Shown: positions 1-9,990, counted from the stretch's first letter. The stretch: 64,000 nucleotides of DNA from Thermoplasmata archaeon (GCA_046498385.1 JAWOAU010000059.1:76-64075); one strand, 5' to 3'. Translations and numbers: made by a program. Notes: generated by a model not told the origin, from the letters alone.

Positions 1-82
1 TGGCCGATTCGCGCCGCAGAAATTCTTGGAGCGCGCGCAGCGGATGGTTCTGCCGGGCTGCTTGGTTGAAAAACTCTCTCAT
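1..82 (-). CDS. 5' end of an unidentified gene running off the left edge (about 27 codons visible: MREFFNQAARQNHPLRALQEFLRRESA...)
   Basis: Minus-strand ATG at 80-82 overlaps the TGA of the upstream Dam fragment (ATGA coupling). A strong GGAGGAGG Shine-Dalgarno sits about 7 nt upstream. The frame stays open to position 1. Too short to assign a family. Confidence 0.35.
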   Translation of the reverse strand, partial: MREFFNQAARQNHPLRALQEFLRRESA

Positions 83-549
83 CGTCTCAGACCTCCTCCG
101 ACACGGTAGCTGATGATCAGGACCTCTCCAGAATCTCGCGCGGTGATGCCCGGCCTGCGCCCAGTACCGCGTGGAATCTTGATGACTTGATTACCTGCAA
201 ACAGCGCGACGATGTCAGGGTGTGCGGAAGTAGTCAGTGCCCATGACACGCCACGCTTCTTCGCATTCTGCAGAGCGGATGCCAGTCGGCGATGGTCTTG
301 AAAGCAGAACCGCCCACCAATGTAGTGTTTGTTGACCAGCTCTCTCTTTCCAGGGCGGTAGGGGGGATCCGCAAAGACAAAATCGCCTGACTCGCACTTC
401 TCTATGACTTCTTCGAAGTCACAGCAACGGAGCCTAGCCCCGCCCAGGACACGTGAAACGGCCATCAGGCTCCCGAGACCTATCACCCACCTTCGATCCT
501 GGCCTCCATAACCAACGTTGAACTTCCCTTCCTGATTGTGACGCCACAT
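79..549 (-). pseudogene. Dam-family (D12 class) N6-adenine DNA methyltransferase, C-terminal half only; the N-terminal roughly 115 aa including SAM-binding motif I are absent
   Basis: FADPPY motif IV. The surrounding sequence aligns to Dam ('RYNxxGEFNVpfG' maps to RHNQEGKFNVGYG; 'SNHDT' maps to TSAHPD; 'RRSISSNGGTRKKV' maps to RGTGRRPGITARDS). An in-frame stop lies immediately upstream of the first Met at 565-567 on the minus strand. No N-terminal half is found in any frame. Confidence 0.6.
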
Positions 550-566
550 CCCCTTGAAGCAGGGTC

Positions 567-3500
567 ATGGACAGCGAACTTCACATTGAGCACGAAATGT
601 TTTATGACCCAAATTACGATGGAATGCCGGATGAGGAGATCGAACCGGCTGATAATCACGAAAAGATACACGCCATGTATGCCCCTAACCGTGGCATGCT
701 TGGCGCGGGTCAATATCACGGTACCCACGTAACCGGTACTGTTCTTGGTAACGCACCTCCCCGCGACGAGTACGTAAAACACGACGGTCATGGAATGGAT
801 GCACGGGTGATATTCCAGGACATCGGTCGTCAACTGGCTTTATCACCACCGGAAAACATGTACGAAGATGGTTGGGGTAGAAGCATGGACGAAGGAAGTT
901 ATATTCACACCAACAGTTGGGGCGGGGCCGGAGGTTATTCAGGACTTGCCATCGAAACAGATGAATTCACCTGGGATCATAGGGATTACACCATATTGTG
1001 GGCCGCAGGTAACGATGGTCCCGATCCCGAAACGATCATGAACCAGCCCCACGCAAAAAATGCTTTATCAATAGGTGCTACTGCCAATCACCCCATCGAA
1101 GATAACGTCGCCGGTTTCAGCAGCAGGGGCTACGCCAACGACGGTCGTATCAAACCCACCATATTGGGTGTAGGAATCTGTACCTCCGCCGATCAAACGG
1201 AAGATGGTTATGCTGGTCTGGGTGGAACTAGTATGGCCACTCCTGGTATAGCCGGACAGGTGTCTCAGGTAAGGCAGTATTACGAAGAAGGCTGGTACCC
1301 TATAGGATATGCTAACCCCAGCGAAGGTTTCAACCCCAGCAGTGCGCTTATCAGGGCCACCCTCATCAACGGAGCTGTAGAGGTATCAGGTAACGATGCT
1401 TACTTACACGGTGAGGAATTCCCCAATAGAGACCAGGGATTCGGTAGGAGCACCATCGACCGTGCACTGTACTTTGAATGGGATGAAAGGCGTTCTGTAA
1501 TATTTGACTCGTGGAACGAAGGTAACGCTCCTCTGGAACTCAGTACCGGAGAGAGCTGGTCTATGGATTTCGATGTGGTTGATGATGCTGAAGAATTAGA
1601 GGTAACTTTGGCATGGTCAGATTATCCCGGCGAAGGTGGTGCCGGAAGTATACACATCGTCAATGATCTTGATTTGGAGTTGGAGACACCGGATGGAACC
1701 CGATATGTGGGCAACGCATACACCGGACACAACCCCGGTTACTCGGAACCCGACCCCACTTCCAACATGTGGAACGGACCCAGGAGCGGCGAATGGGACG
1801 GGTTGAACGTTGAGGAAAATATACTCATGCTCCCGGATCACAATGATCTTCAAACTGGAACTTATACGCTAACGGTAACTGCACACAGCGTACCCAGCGG
1901 TCCTCAGCCCTTTGCGGTAGTTGTAAGCGGAGGTTTACAACCTATAATGGCTGAAGGCACCCCTCCATCTATAGATATCACATCCCCCTCTGCAGGAGAT
2001 GTGTGGGAGCACGGAGATGAGGTTGACATCATATGGACTACCACTGCCGGAGCTGATCCAATAGACTTCGTTGACCTTAGATATAGTTTGGATAACGGAG
2101 AGTCCTGGGAGTTCATCGCTGAAGGATTACCGAACGACGGCTCACTCACATGGACCGTTCCCAACGTCAATAGCGCCGAGAGTTTAATACAGGCACGTGT
2201 CATGGACAATGCAGGCCGTTATGATATAGACACCTCTGATATGTTTGAGATCATGGGTACTCCTCCGGCACCCCCTTCAGGTCTAGGGGTACATAAAGAT
2301 GGTGGACCCACCGTTGTTACCTTCGAAGACTTTGCCGACGGCAATTACGACGGCTGGGAAGTACACAACGGAAGTTGGGATGCATCCGAGGGATATCTAC
2401 AGGGCTATGGAAAGATATCCACTCCCGCCGTGATGGACGGAGAAGACCTGGATGCCTACGGTGTCTGGGAGTTTGATTTCCAGTTTACCGACATGGACGA
2501 TGCCGGACCTACGGATGCACAGATAATGAGGTTCAACTTTATATCCTCTGGAAACCCGGCGTCACCTTCGGGATACGTTATGACTGTTACCGGGCAGACC
2601 GCAGCCGGTCCTCAAGCAAATCTTTGGCCATTGGAAAACGGTGATGCAATCGGTGACGCACCGATACTAGCCGGTACTTGGACTGGCGGCACACAAGTCA
2701 GCACATTGAGGATCGAAAGAGATTTAAGCAATGAATTTACCATATATATCGACGGAGGTCTGGTTGGTACAGTTGTCGATGACACGTATGCAACTACCGA
2801 ATACATAGGTTTCAACCACGATCCGAATCCTTTGGGTGGGGAACCGCACATAGTACATAACGTTGGGGCGTTGACAGAACTCGAAGGCGAGCCCCACAAC
2901 ATACTAACCTGGGACGCTAGCCCCGATGATCCCGGCGAAGTCAGTCATTACAACGTTTATCGTTCGGAGGATCAAACAGGACAATACGAATTAATAGCAG
3001 AGGTAACCGCCGACGGTTCACAGGAGTATACATACGTTGATGAATACAAAGGTGAAGATGACGACATAACCTGGTGGTACTTTGTACGTGCGGTAGGTAT
3101 AAACGGCATGGAAGAGGACAACGAGAACACAGCGCCGGAACCTGCCGACGGTGAGGCACCTTCTATAACACTGACCAGGCCTGAGGGTGGTGAAACATTT
3201 ACAGCCGGAGAACAAGAAAATATCCTTTGGCAAACTGAAATAGGTGACAACCCCGTAGAGACTATAGATTTCAAGTACAGTACTGACGGAGGAGGTTCTT
3301 GGACTACAATAGAGACTGGTTTACCCGATACAGGTAATTACATCTGGACAGTGCCCGACGAAGCTAGTATTGACTCTCTGGTCGGTGCAACCGCTCGGGA
3401 CTCAGCCGGACGCACTGGTTCCGATGTCAGCGGTACGTTCATCATCGAAGGAATCCCCCCTTCACCTCCGGAGAATCTGATGGTTGAACATCATGGTACT

Positions 3501-4856
3501 CCCGAGGCCGTCGTTAACGGTATATTCGAAGGTGATTACGAACCCTGGGAGCTTACCAGAACGGTTGCCGAAGGCGAGGCACGCTGGGACTCGGAGAATT
3601 ATATTGAAGGAGGTTCCATCTATGTGGCGGTCGAGGCTGAAGGAGAAGGTACTATCCGCACAGAAGACTCCTATTGGGAACAGGATATAACTCCCACCTC
3701 TGAGGAGATAACGGTATCCGGTGCATTCAGAAAGAACATATTCTATGATTCCAATTCTGGAATTGGTTGGTCTTGGGAAACACATGTCCATCACGCTATC
3801 GTTGAAATCCTTGTCTACGATACCACGTCCGGATGGCAGACTGTACACATAGACCAAGACACATCCGTCGGAGATTCGGGCTGGGGTGAATTTGCCCCGA
3901 TTACTTATGTGCCTGATGGATATGCGGATTCGGTAAGGTTGCGTATGCATGTAGAGGCTGAAGGAGACACCGGCCCCGCGGGTGGAAACCATACCGCTAT
4001 AGGCGAACTATGGATGGATCATATCAGCGTGACCACAGAAGGGGCCGAGGGTACCGATGACAATCTACTCACATGGGATGCCAGCCCTGACGATCCTGAT
4101 TCGATAAGTCATTACAACATCTACCGTTCCGAAAGTGAGGCCGGTCCCTGGGAAATTCCCATAGGTAGTGTTGATGCCGATGGTTCACTGGATTACGAGT
4201 ACTTAGACGCTGGCGCGGGTACCGGAGACGATACGATATGGTGGTATGTAGTCAGAGCAGTGGGAACCAATGGTATGGAAGAAGATAACAGCAATGTGGT
4301 ACGTGAGCCAACCACGGAATTGGTCACCTACGACATTGAGTTGCATGCCCATATTAATGCGGATGGCTGGAACTTCGTTTCGTTCAATCTGATACCTGTA
4401 GAATCATCCCTGGAAGCCATACTGGAGCACTCTGACTACGGCATAGCTGGTAACTACGACAAAGTGATGTACTATGATGCATCTGCGGATAGTTGGCATG
4501 TTTATGTACCCGGACGACCGGACCATTTTAACAACCTTCAATCTTGGAACCATAGGATGGGTATCTGGATACGATTGACGGAGGATTCTACACTCACCGT
4601 AGAAGGAAGTATCCCGACTCAGACCACCATAACCTTATATCCAGGCTGGAACATGGTCGGTTTACCGAGTGCCCAAGGGGGAATTCATGATATTCCCAGT
4701 GAGGTCAGCAGGGTAGGACGATTCGATGCGGCGGCAGAGAACAATATAGTGTATGTAGACGTGCAAGGATTCCAATTCCAACCCGGACAAGGCTATTGGA
4801 TATACAACGGTGCGGATGTAGCTGTAGATTGGGTTGTGGACTACAATACGGAATAG
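567..4856 (+). CDS. Subtilisin-like (S8) serine peptidase with large C-terminal multidomain extension. Apparently N-terminally truncated (no signal peptide, propeptide or canonical Asp-box), so possibly a pseudogene
   Basis: His box HGTHVTGTV and Ser box GGTSMATPG are present and an oxyanion Asn region follows. The ORF begins 49 aa before the His box with an in-frame stop at 555-557. Downstream are two Kre9/Ig-like modules of about 95 aa, a lectin/jelly-roll-like module, two FN3-like modules (TWDASPDDP...HYNIYRS...WWYVVRAVG) and a C-terminal domain of about 172 aa shared with the M14 protein. Confidence 0.8.
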   Translation: MDSELHIEHEMFYDPNYDGMPDEEIEPADNHEKIHAMYAPNRGMLGAGQYHGTHVTGTVLGNAPPRDEYVKHDGHGMDARVIFQDIGRQLALSPPENMYEDGWGRSMDEGSYIHTNSWGGAGGYSGLAIETDEFTWDHRDYTILWAAGNDGPDPETIMNQPHAKNALSIGATANHPIEDNVAGFSSRGYANDGRIKPTILGVGICTSADQTEDGYAGLGGTSMATPGIAGQVSQVRQYYEEGWYPIGYANPSEGFNPSSALIRATLINGAVEVSGNDAYLHGEEFPNRDQGFGRSTIDRALYFEWDERRSVIFDSWNEGNAPLELSTGESWSMDFDVVDDAEELEVTLAWSDYPGEGGAGSIHIVNDLDLELETPDGTRYVGNAYTGHNPGYSEPDPTSNMWNGPRSGEWDGLNVEENILMLPDHNDLQTGTYTLTVTAHSVPSGPQPFAVVVSGGLQPIMAEGTPPSIDITSPSAGDVWEHGDEVDIIWTTTAGADPIDFVDLRYSLDNGESWEFIAEGLPNDGSLTWTVPNVNSAESLIQARVMDNAGRYDIDTSDMFEIMGTPPAPPSGLGVHKDGGPTVVTFEDFADGNYDGWEVHNGSWDASEGYLQGYGKISTPAVMDGEDLDAYGVWEFDFQFTDMDDAGPTDAQIMRFNFISSGNPASPSGYVMTVTGQTAAGPQANLWPLENGDAIGDAPILAGTWTGGTQVSTLRIERDLSNEFTIYIDGGLVGTVVDDTYATTEYIGFNHDPNPLGGEPHIVHNVGALTELEGEPHNILTWDASPDDPGEVSHYNVYRSEDQTGQYELIAEVTADGSQEYTYVDEYKGEDDDITWWYFVRAVGINGMEEDNENTAPEPADGEAPSITLTRPEGGETFTAGEQENILWQTEIGDNPVETIDFKYSTDGGGSWTTIETGLPDTGNYIWTVPDEASIDSLVGATARDSAGRTGSDVSGTFIIEGIPPSPPENLMVEHHGTPEAVVNGIFEGDYEPWELTRTVAEGEARWDSENYIEGGSIYVAVEAEGEGTIRTEDSYWEQDITPTSEEITVSGAFRKNIFYDSNSGIGWSWETHVHHAIVEILVYDTTSGWQTVHIDQDTSVGDSGWGEFAPITYVPDGYADSVRLRMHVEAEGDTGPAGGNHTAIGELWMDHISVTTEGAEGTDDNLLTWDASPDDPDSISHYNIYRSESEAGPWEIPIGSVDADGSLDYEYLDAGAGTGDDTIWWYVVRAVGTNGMEEDNSNVVREPTTELVTYDIELHAHINADGWNFVSFNLIPVESSLEAILEHSDYGIAGNYDKVMYYDASADSWHVYVPGRPDHFNNLQSWNHRMGIWIRLTEDSTLTVEGSIPTQTTITLYPGWNMVGLPSAQGGIHDIPSEVSRVGRFDAAAENNIVYVDVQGFQFQPGQGYWIYNGADVAVDWVVDYNTE

Positions 4857-5512
4857 CACTATAAGCCGATACTATAGGCACCTGTATGTGTTAAGTTCGC
4901 AATATCCTTTTGCACTTCTTCACCCGGTGCTCTATCCCCATAAGTTTTGCATCGTCTCTAATCTCCATTAGAGACATGAAACCTCTTAGCAGATATCATC
5001 GGGCCTTCTGTTTCGTTAGGGAGAATATATCCTTCAAAATTATTTCTATATCGGCGGTTTGGGTGACCACCTTGTTCGTCCGGCGGTACAGGGATTTCAT
5101 CGATGTACGGTGCCATGGTTTATTTCTCTTGATCGGATGATTTCTCACAGATAGAATAATTTTGGAGCTGTTTCCGAACAAGGTTTTGCTCAAAATCGAT
5201 TGAACGTTCATACGGGTTAAAAATAAAACAAGGACGTCGATATTTTTTTCCTTACACATGTTTTTTATCTCCCGAGATGTGTTCAGTATCTCGAAAATGT
5301 CACCAAGGGGATTTGTCCTTCCTTGTACCCCAAACAGATATGCCTGCCCTTGTATTCACAGGTGGGTTCGACGTGGTAAAAAGACAGGTATGTGACATCA
5401 TGTTCCCCTTTCATGAAAACTTGTTCCCAGTTGCACAGAGTTCCTCTCGGCACCTCCGCCTATTCTCAAACTGGAGATCACTATGAGGATGCTCTTTTTT
5501 CCTTCATGCCTT

Positions 5513-6477
5513 TTACTCCCTCCCCCGGTGCTTCAAAGACCTACGGTAAGTGTCTATGATGGTATCAACTACTTTTTGCTTTGACAGTTCACTTTCGTAA
5601 TATTCGATCATGTTCTTTTTCATGTTCGCCTTTGCTTCATGATCCTCCATGAGATAACCGAGTTTGTCTGCTATGTCTTCCTCATCCGGCTCCACCAGCA
5701 GGCCGTTGTATCCGTTTCGTATCTCCTTGGGACTCCCCCTAACGTTGGTTGCGATAACAGGTGTTCCGGTGTATGTCGCTTCCAGCAGCACACTGGACAG
5801 GGGCTCCGGTCATAGGGAAGGTACCACCACGATATCCGCCTGTTTGTATACTGAGTGTATCAAATCATGGCCTACCTGTCCCAGAAACTCAATGTTTGAA
5901 ATCGCCCTGCTTTCCAGTTGTTCTCTTTCGGGACCTTCTCCCAGCATGATTAATTTTGGAGTCCGTATTCATCCGATCAAAGGCTTTTATCAGCATATCG
6001 ACGCCCTTAATCTTGTATAAACTGCCCATATAAGCCCACCAGCACACCTTCGCGTCGGATATCGATCTTTTTCTTCGATCCCCGGATATCGGGTATGTTG
6101 ACCACATTGGTGATACGGCTTTTATCGATGCCTTCTTGTTCAAGAAGTTTGTTTATGAACCCGCTTAGACTGAAAAAATGTCCAAATGTTTTCAATACCT
6201 TTTTTCTCTTGATAAGATCCAGGTATAAGGCCAGCCAGAATAGCGGATTTACTTAAGATAAGTTCCCTTTGGGGCAGAAACTTACGTAGGAATTGATGGT
6301 GACGAAACTGGGTTTATCAACGTCAACCATGCGGGTCATGTTGAAAAAGTGTATTATATCGTACCTGTCGCTGATCCTCTCAAGCCCTCTTTTAACGCTT
6401 CTGTTGAAATGAAACTTACGTTTTAGATCGTCCGAAAGTGATGTGCACCCTGCATTGAGCTTTCTGAGAATCGTCAA
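5513..6477 (-). pseudogene. Family GT4 (GT1-fold) glycosyltransferase pseudogene split over at least 4 reading frames
   Basis: Four minus-strand fragments: 6253-6477 'DIIHFF' N-terminal motif; 6007-6195 'ITNVVNIPDIRG'; 5889-6143 'YMGSLYKIKGVDMLIKAF'; 5513-5791 'EATYTGTPVIATNVRGSPKEIRNGYNGLLVEPDEED' (classic GT4 C-terminus). They are in different frames, so there are multiple frameshifts. Confidence 0.65.
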
Positions 6478-6882
6478 GCCATGTTTTTTTCAACACGCTG
6501 CAGACCCTGAACCTGAGAAGTCAACACGGTGACCTCCATACCGTTACGTTGTGCAAGGACCGAAGCTAAAGGTGCGCAGGGTGTTTCCCCGCCCCTATAG
6601 CTTACAGGTGGAAAAGACTCGGACACGAACAATATCTTTATTGAGTCATTGACCTTGGGGCTAACTCATTCTTTCATATCAGTACACCTAGATCGGCTTA
6701 ATCATTTTAAACTGCATGCATGCAGGTCTGGGAGGTGCGTATGAATCGTGCATAGATGGTGGTAGAGAAAAAGCACGATGATGGATACCGGTAAAAAGCG
6801 GTTTTTATTTCGGTAAATACCCATCAACTTTATTTGTAGCCTATGACATGAGGTTTTCACTCGGTTATAATGGAGGAAATAT

Positions 6883-9800
6883 ATGTTTAAAAACGCAAAA
6901 AAAAGTAAAGTGGTAGCTATATCTGTTTTATTGATTTTATCCATTTCTGCATATGGTATAACATCCCTTGGATATGTCGAAGATGTTCAAAGCACGAAAT
7001 ACACTGCTAATCGCTCACCGTACCCGTTCCCCGATCATTATCCCAGTGTCGAAGAACTCTACGATTGGTACGACGACCTGGTAGTAGAATTCCCCAATCT
7101 CGTCTCCAAGGTGCACATAGGCACGTCCTATGAAGGACGAGATTTATGGGTGCTGGAAGTCACTTCGGATGAAGATACACAGGTGGATTACAAGCCCGGG
7201 TTTTTCGTTGACGGCAACATGCACGCCAGGGAGTGGTCGGGTAATCAGGTATCGGCGTACTTCATGTGGAGGCTGCTCAATGAATACGATACCAACGAAA
7301 CCATCTACTGGCTGCTCAACAACCGCAGGATATACGTTATGCCCATGCAGAACCCGGATGGGTATACTTATGATGGAGACGGAGGAGTAGGAGGCGGAAA
7401 TAATTGGCGCAAGAACAGGAACGATTCCACTCCTACCGCTGCGATAGGTGTAGACCTGAACCGCAATTGGGATATAATGTGGGAAAGCGGTAATCCTGAT
7501 CCAGGCTTCGATGATTATCGTGGCGAAGCACCCTTTTCCGAGTACGAGAACTGGCACGAGAGAGATTTCATTCTTAACAACAGCATAGATTCATACCAGA
7601 ACATTCACAGCTATGCAGGTACCTTGCTGATACCTTTGTGTTACTCTTCGGACCCCTCACCTCATGATGATTGGTATCGAGGTATGGCATCCCATATGAC
7701 TTCCTTGACGTCCCTGATGGGTGACGAAAACAGCCATTACAGTTTTGGTCAGCCCCATGAAGAGATCGGTTACAGTGCCCCAGGAGGTGCCGGGGACTGG
7801 ACCTATGATGCCCTGGGAATCCAATCAATGGTATTTGAACTTGAAACCGGCGGCGGCGGATTTTATCCTGGCACGGATGACATAATGACCATAAACCAGG
7901 ATGTTGACGACTCCTTGGTCTATCAGTGCCGTGTCGCTGATACGGATTTGGGCGATGGCACAAATCATCTTTACCCACCCATACCGTACATTGTTTACGG
8001 AAGGGTGGAAGATCCCGAAGGCGTACCGGTAGCTGGAATGGAGGTTGTGGTGGAAAACAAAGATACGGGGGAAACCATATCCATAGACACGGATGGTAAT
8101 GGATACTACGAGTTGAACTACGGTAACCTGGTAGAACGCGGATACGCCCTCACCGATACGTTTCATATCTCCGCATGGACCAATTCACAGGAGTTCAACA
8201 TCGGTGATGAATGGGGTAGAAGGATCGACATGGAGGTTGTGGTTGGAGGCGTACCGCCGGAAATAACCCTAACATCACCTAACGGGGGTGAACAATGGCA
8301 TGCATTTGATGAGGAGGATATCACTTGGACGACAAATCAGGGTGACGACCCCATCGATCATGTTGATCTATGGTACAGTGTAGATGCAGGCACGAGCTGG
8401 GACCGCCTTGATACGGAAATAGACGATACGGGTAGTTACACATGGACGGTCTCCAACGAACACAGCCAGGAATGCCACGTACGTGCACGGGTAATAGATA
8501 GTTTGGGTAGATGGGGAGAGGATGTTAGTGATAACGTATTCGAGATCGTAGGCTTGGCACCCGGACCTCCCCGAAATCTTACGGTAGAGCATGACTCCGC
8601 TCCTCACATGGGGATATTCGACGATTTTGCCAATGGAAACTACGACAATTGGACGGTTTACGATGGATCATGGGATGCGACCTCCGGTTACCTACAGGGC
8701 CATGGTAGCATATCCACTCCCGCAGAGATGCACCAGGAAAACATAGGTGCATATGGTCGCTGGGAGATAGATTTCCAACTATCCGAGATCTCCGATGCCT
8801 CAGGATATCAAATCACGAGAAGCCATTTTATTCAGATCGATAACGCGGATCCACGTTATTCCAGCGGTTATTATGTAATAATTACAGGTAATATCGGTGG
8901 TAACGGACAGATCAACCTCTGGAGGTGGGACAACGGAAGCACACCGGGTAGTACGACCGCCGGTGCATCCTGGAACCCGAATACAGACACAAACACATTG
9001 GCAATAGAGAGAGACGAGAGCGGTGTATTCACCCTGTACCTCAACGGTGCCACACTGACCACGGGAACGGATAATACCTACACAACTAACCAATACTTTG
9101 GATTCAGGCACAATGAAAATCCTTCTGGAGGTGATGATCATATCATACATGAGATCAGGATTGAGACCATGGGTGATGGAAAGGAACACAATATTCTTAC
9201 ATGGAATCCAAGCATCGATGACCCCGACGAGGTGAGCCACTACGATATTTATTGCTCGGATTCGCCAGAGGGGCCGTGGGATGAAAGTATGTTACTGCAC
9301 AGTGTCCCAGCGAACGGTTCCGCTGAATACCACCACCTTGATTCCTTTAAAGGCATGGCAGATGAAACCTACTGGTGGTATGTGGTACGTGCGGTTGGAG
9401 AGAACGGGCTTGTAGAGGAGAACGTCAACGCTATACAGGAGCCCGGTGCGGAAATTATTACATTCACTTTGGAGTTGTACTCGGGTGGAGATTCCAACGG
9501 CTGGAACTTTGTTTCATTTAATCTGACATCTCCTGATAGCTCATTGGAAAACATACTTGAAAATCCGGACTACGGTATATCAGGCAACTATGATCGGTTG
9601 ATATACTTCGACGCTTCCGCCGGAACATGGCTTTCATACGTTCCCGGTAGGCTCGAGTGTTTCAACAATCTGCAGTCGTGGGACCATACCATGGGGATCT
9701 GGATAAGGATGACAGCGGATGACGGACTTACCATAGAGGGCACCACGCCAACAAATACTACTCTCACACTGCAGCCCGGCTGGAACATGGTAGGACTGCC

Positions 9801-9990
9801 CAGTTCGGATGTGGGCAATCATAACCTACCGGCGGAGGTGACCACGGTGGGCTACTTCCAAGCAGCGGAGGAGTACAATGTTGCCTATACCACCATTGCT
9901 GATACCTTCATATTCGAACCAGGACAGGGTTACTGGCTGTACAACAGCGGGAACCAAACGGTAGCCTGGACCGTAGATTACAGGTTATAA
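6883..9990 (+). CDS. Secreted M14 zinc carboxypeptidase with carboxypeptidase-regulatory-like domain and C-terminal multidomain extension
   Basis: N-terminal signal peptide (KVVAISVLLILSISAYG). M14 zinc motif 'GNMHAREWSG'. Transthyretin-like CarbopepD_reg domain (GRVEDPEGVPVAGMEVVVENKDTGE...TDGNGYYEL). Then Kre9/Ig-like, lectin-like and FN3-like modules, and a C-terminal domain of about 173 aa paralogous to the S8 protein C-terminus. GGAGG Shine-Dalgarno 8 nt upstream. Confidence 0.85.
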   Translation: MFKNAKKSKVVAISVLLILSISAYGITSLGYVEDVQSTKYTANRSPYPFPDHYPSVEELYDWYDDLVVEFPNLVSKVHIGTSYEGRDLWVLEVTSDEDTQVDYKPGFFVDGNMHAREWSGNQVSAYFMWRLLNEYDTNETIYWLLNNRRIYVMPMQNPDGYTYDGDGGVGGGNNWRKNRNDSTPTAAIGVDLNRNWDIMWESGNPDPGFDDYRGEAPFSEYENWHERDFILNNSIDSYQNIHSYAGTLLIPLCYSSDPSPHDDWYRGMASHMTSLTSLMGDENSHYSFGQPHEEIGYSAPGGAGDWTYDALGIQSMVFELETGGGGFYPGTDDIMTINQDVDDSLVYQCRVADTDLGDGTNHLYPPIPYIVYGRVEDPEGVPVAGMEVVVENKDTGETISIDTDGNGYYELNYGNLVERGYALTDTFHISAWTNSQEFNIGDEWGRRIDMEVVVGGVPPEITLTSPNGGEQWHAFDEEDITWTTNQGDDPIDHVDLWYSVDAGTSWDRLDTEIDDTGSYTWTVSNEHSQECHVRARVIDSLGRWGEDVSDNVFEIVGLAPGPPRNLTVEHDSAPHMGIFDDFANGNYDNWTVYDGSWDATSGYLQGHGSISTPAEMHQENIGAYGRWEIDFQLSEISDASGYQITRSHFIQIDNADPRYSSGYYVIITGNIGGNGQINLWRWDNGSTPGSTTAGASWNPNTDTNTLAIERDESGVFTLYLNGATLTTGTDNTYTTNQYFGFRHNENPSGGDDHIIHEIRIETMGDGKEHNILTWNPSIDDPDEVSHYDIYCSDSPEGPWDESMLLHSVPANGSAEYHHLDSFKGMADETYWWYVVRAVGENGLVEENVNAIQEPGAEIITFTLELYSGGDSNGWNFVSFNLTSPDSSLENILENPDYGISGNYDRLIYFDASAGTWLSYVPGRLECFNNLQSWDHTMGIWIRMTADDGLTIEGTTPTNTTLTLQPGWNMVGLPSSDVGNHNLPAEVTTVGYFQAAEEYNVAYTTIADTFIFEPGQGYWLYNSGNQTVAWTVDYRL

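Noticed and set aside
5664-6020. Plus-strand ORFs (5664-6020, 5761-5949) in the glycosyltransferase debris
   Set aside because: Antisense to the recognisable GT4 fragments. Ser/Pro-rich translations without motifs.
7130-9240. Numerous ORFs of 60-146 aa on the opposite strand or in alternative frames inside the M14, S8, leuS, gyrA/B and other long genes
   Set aside because: Fully embedded in genes with strong homology support. They lack start signals and conserved motifs. Typical shadow ORFs.
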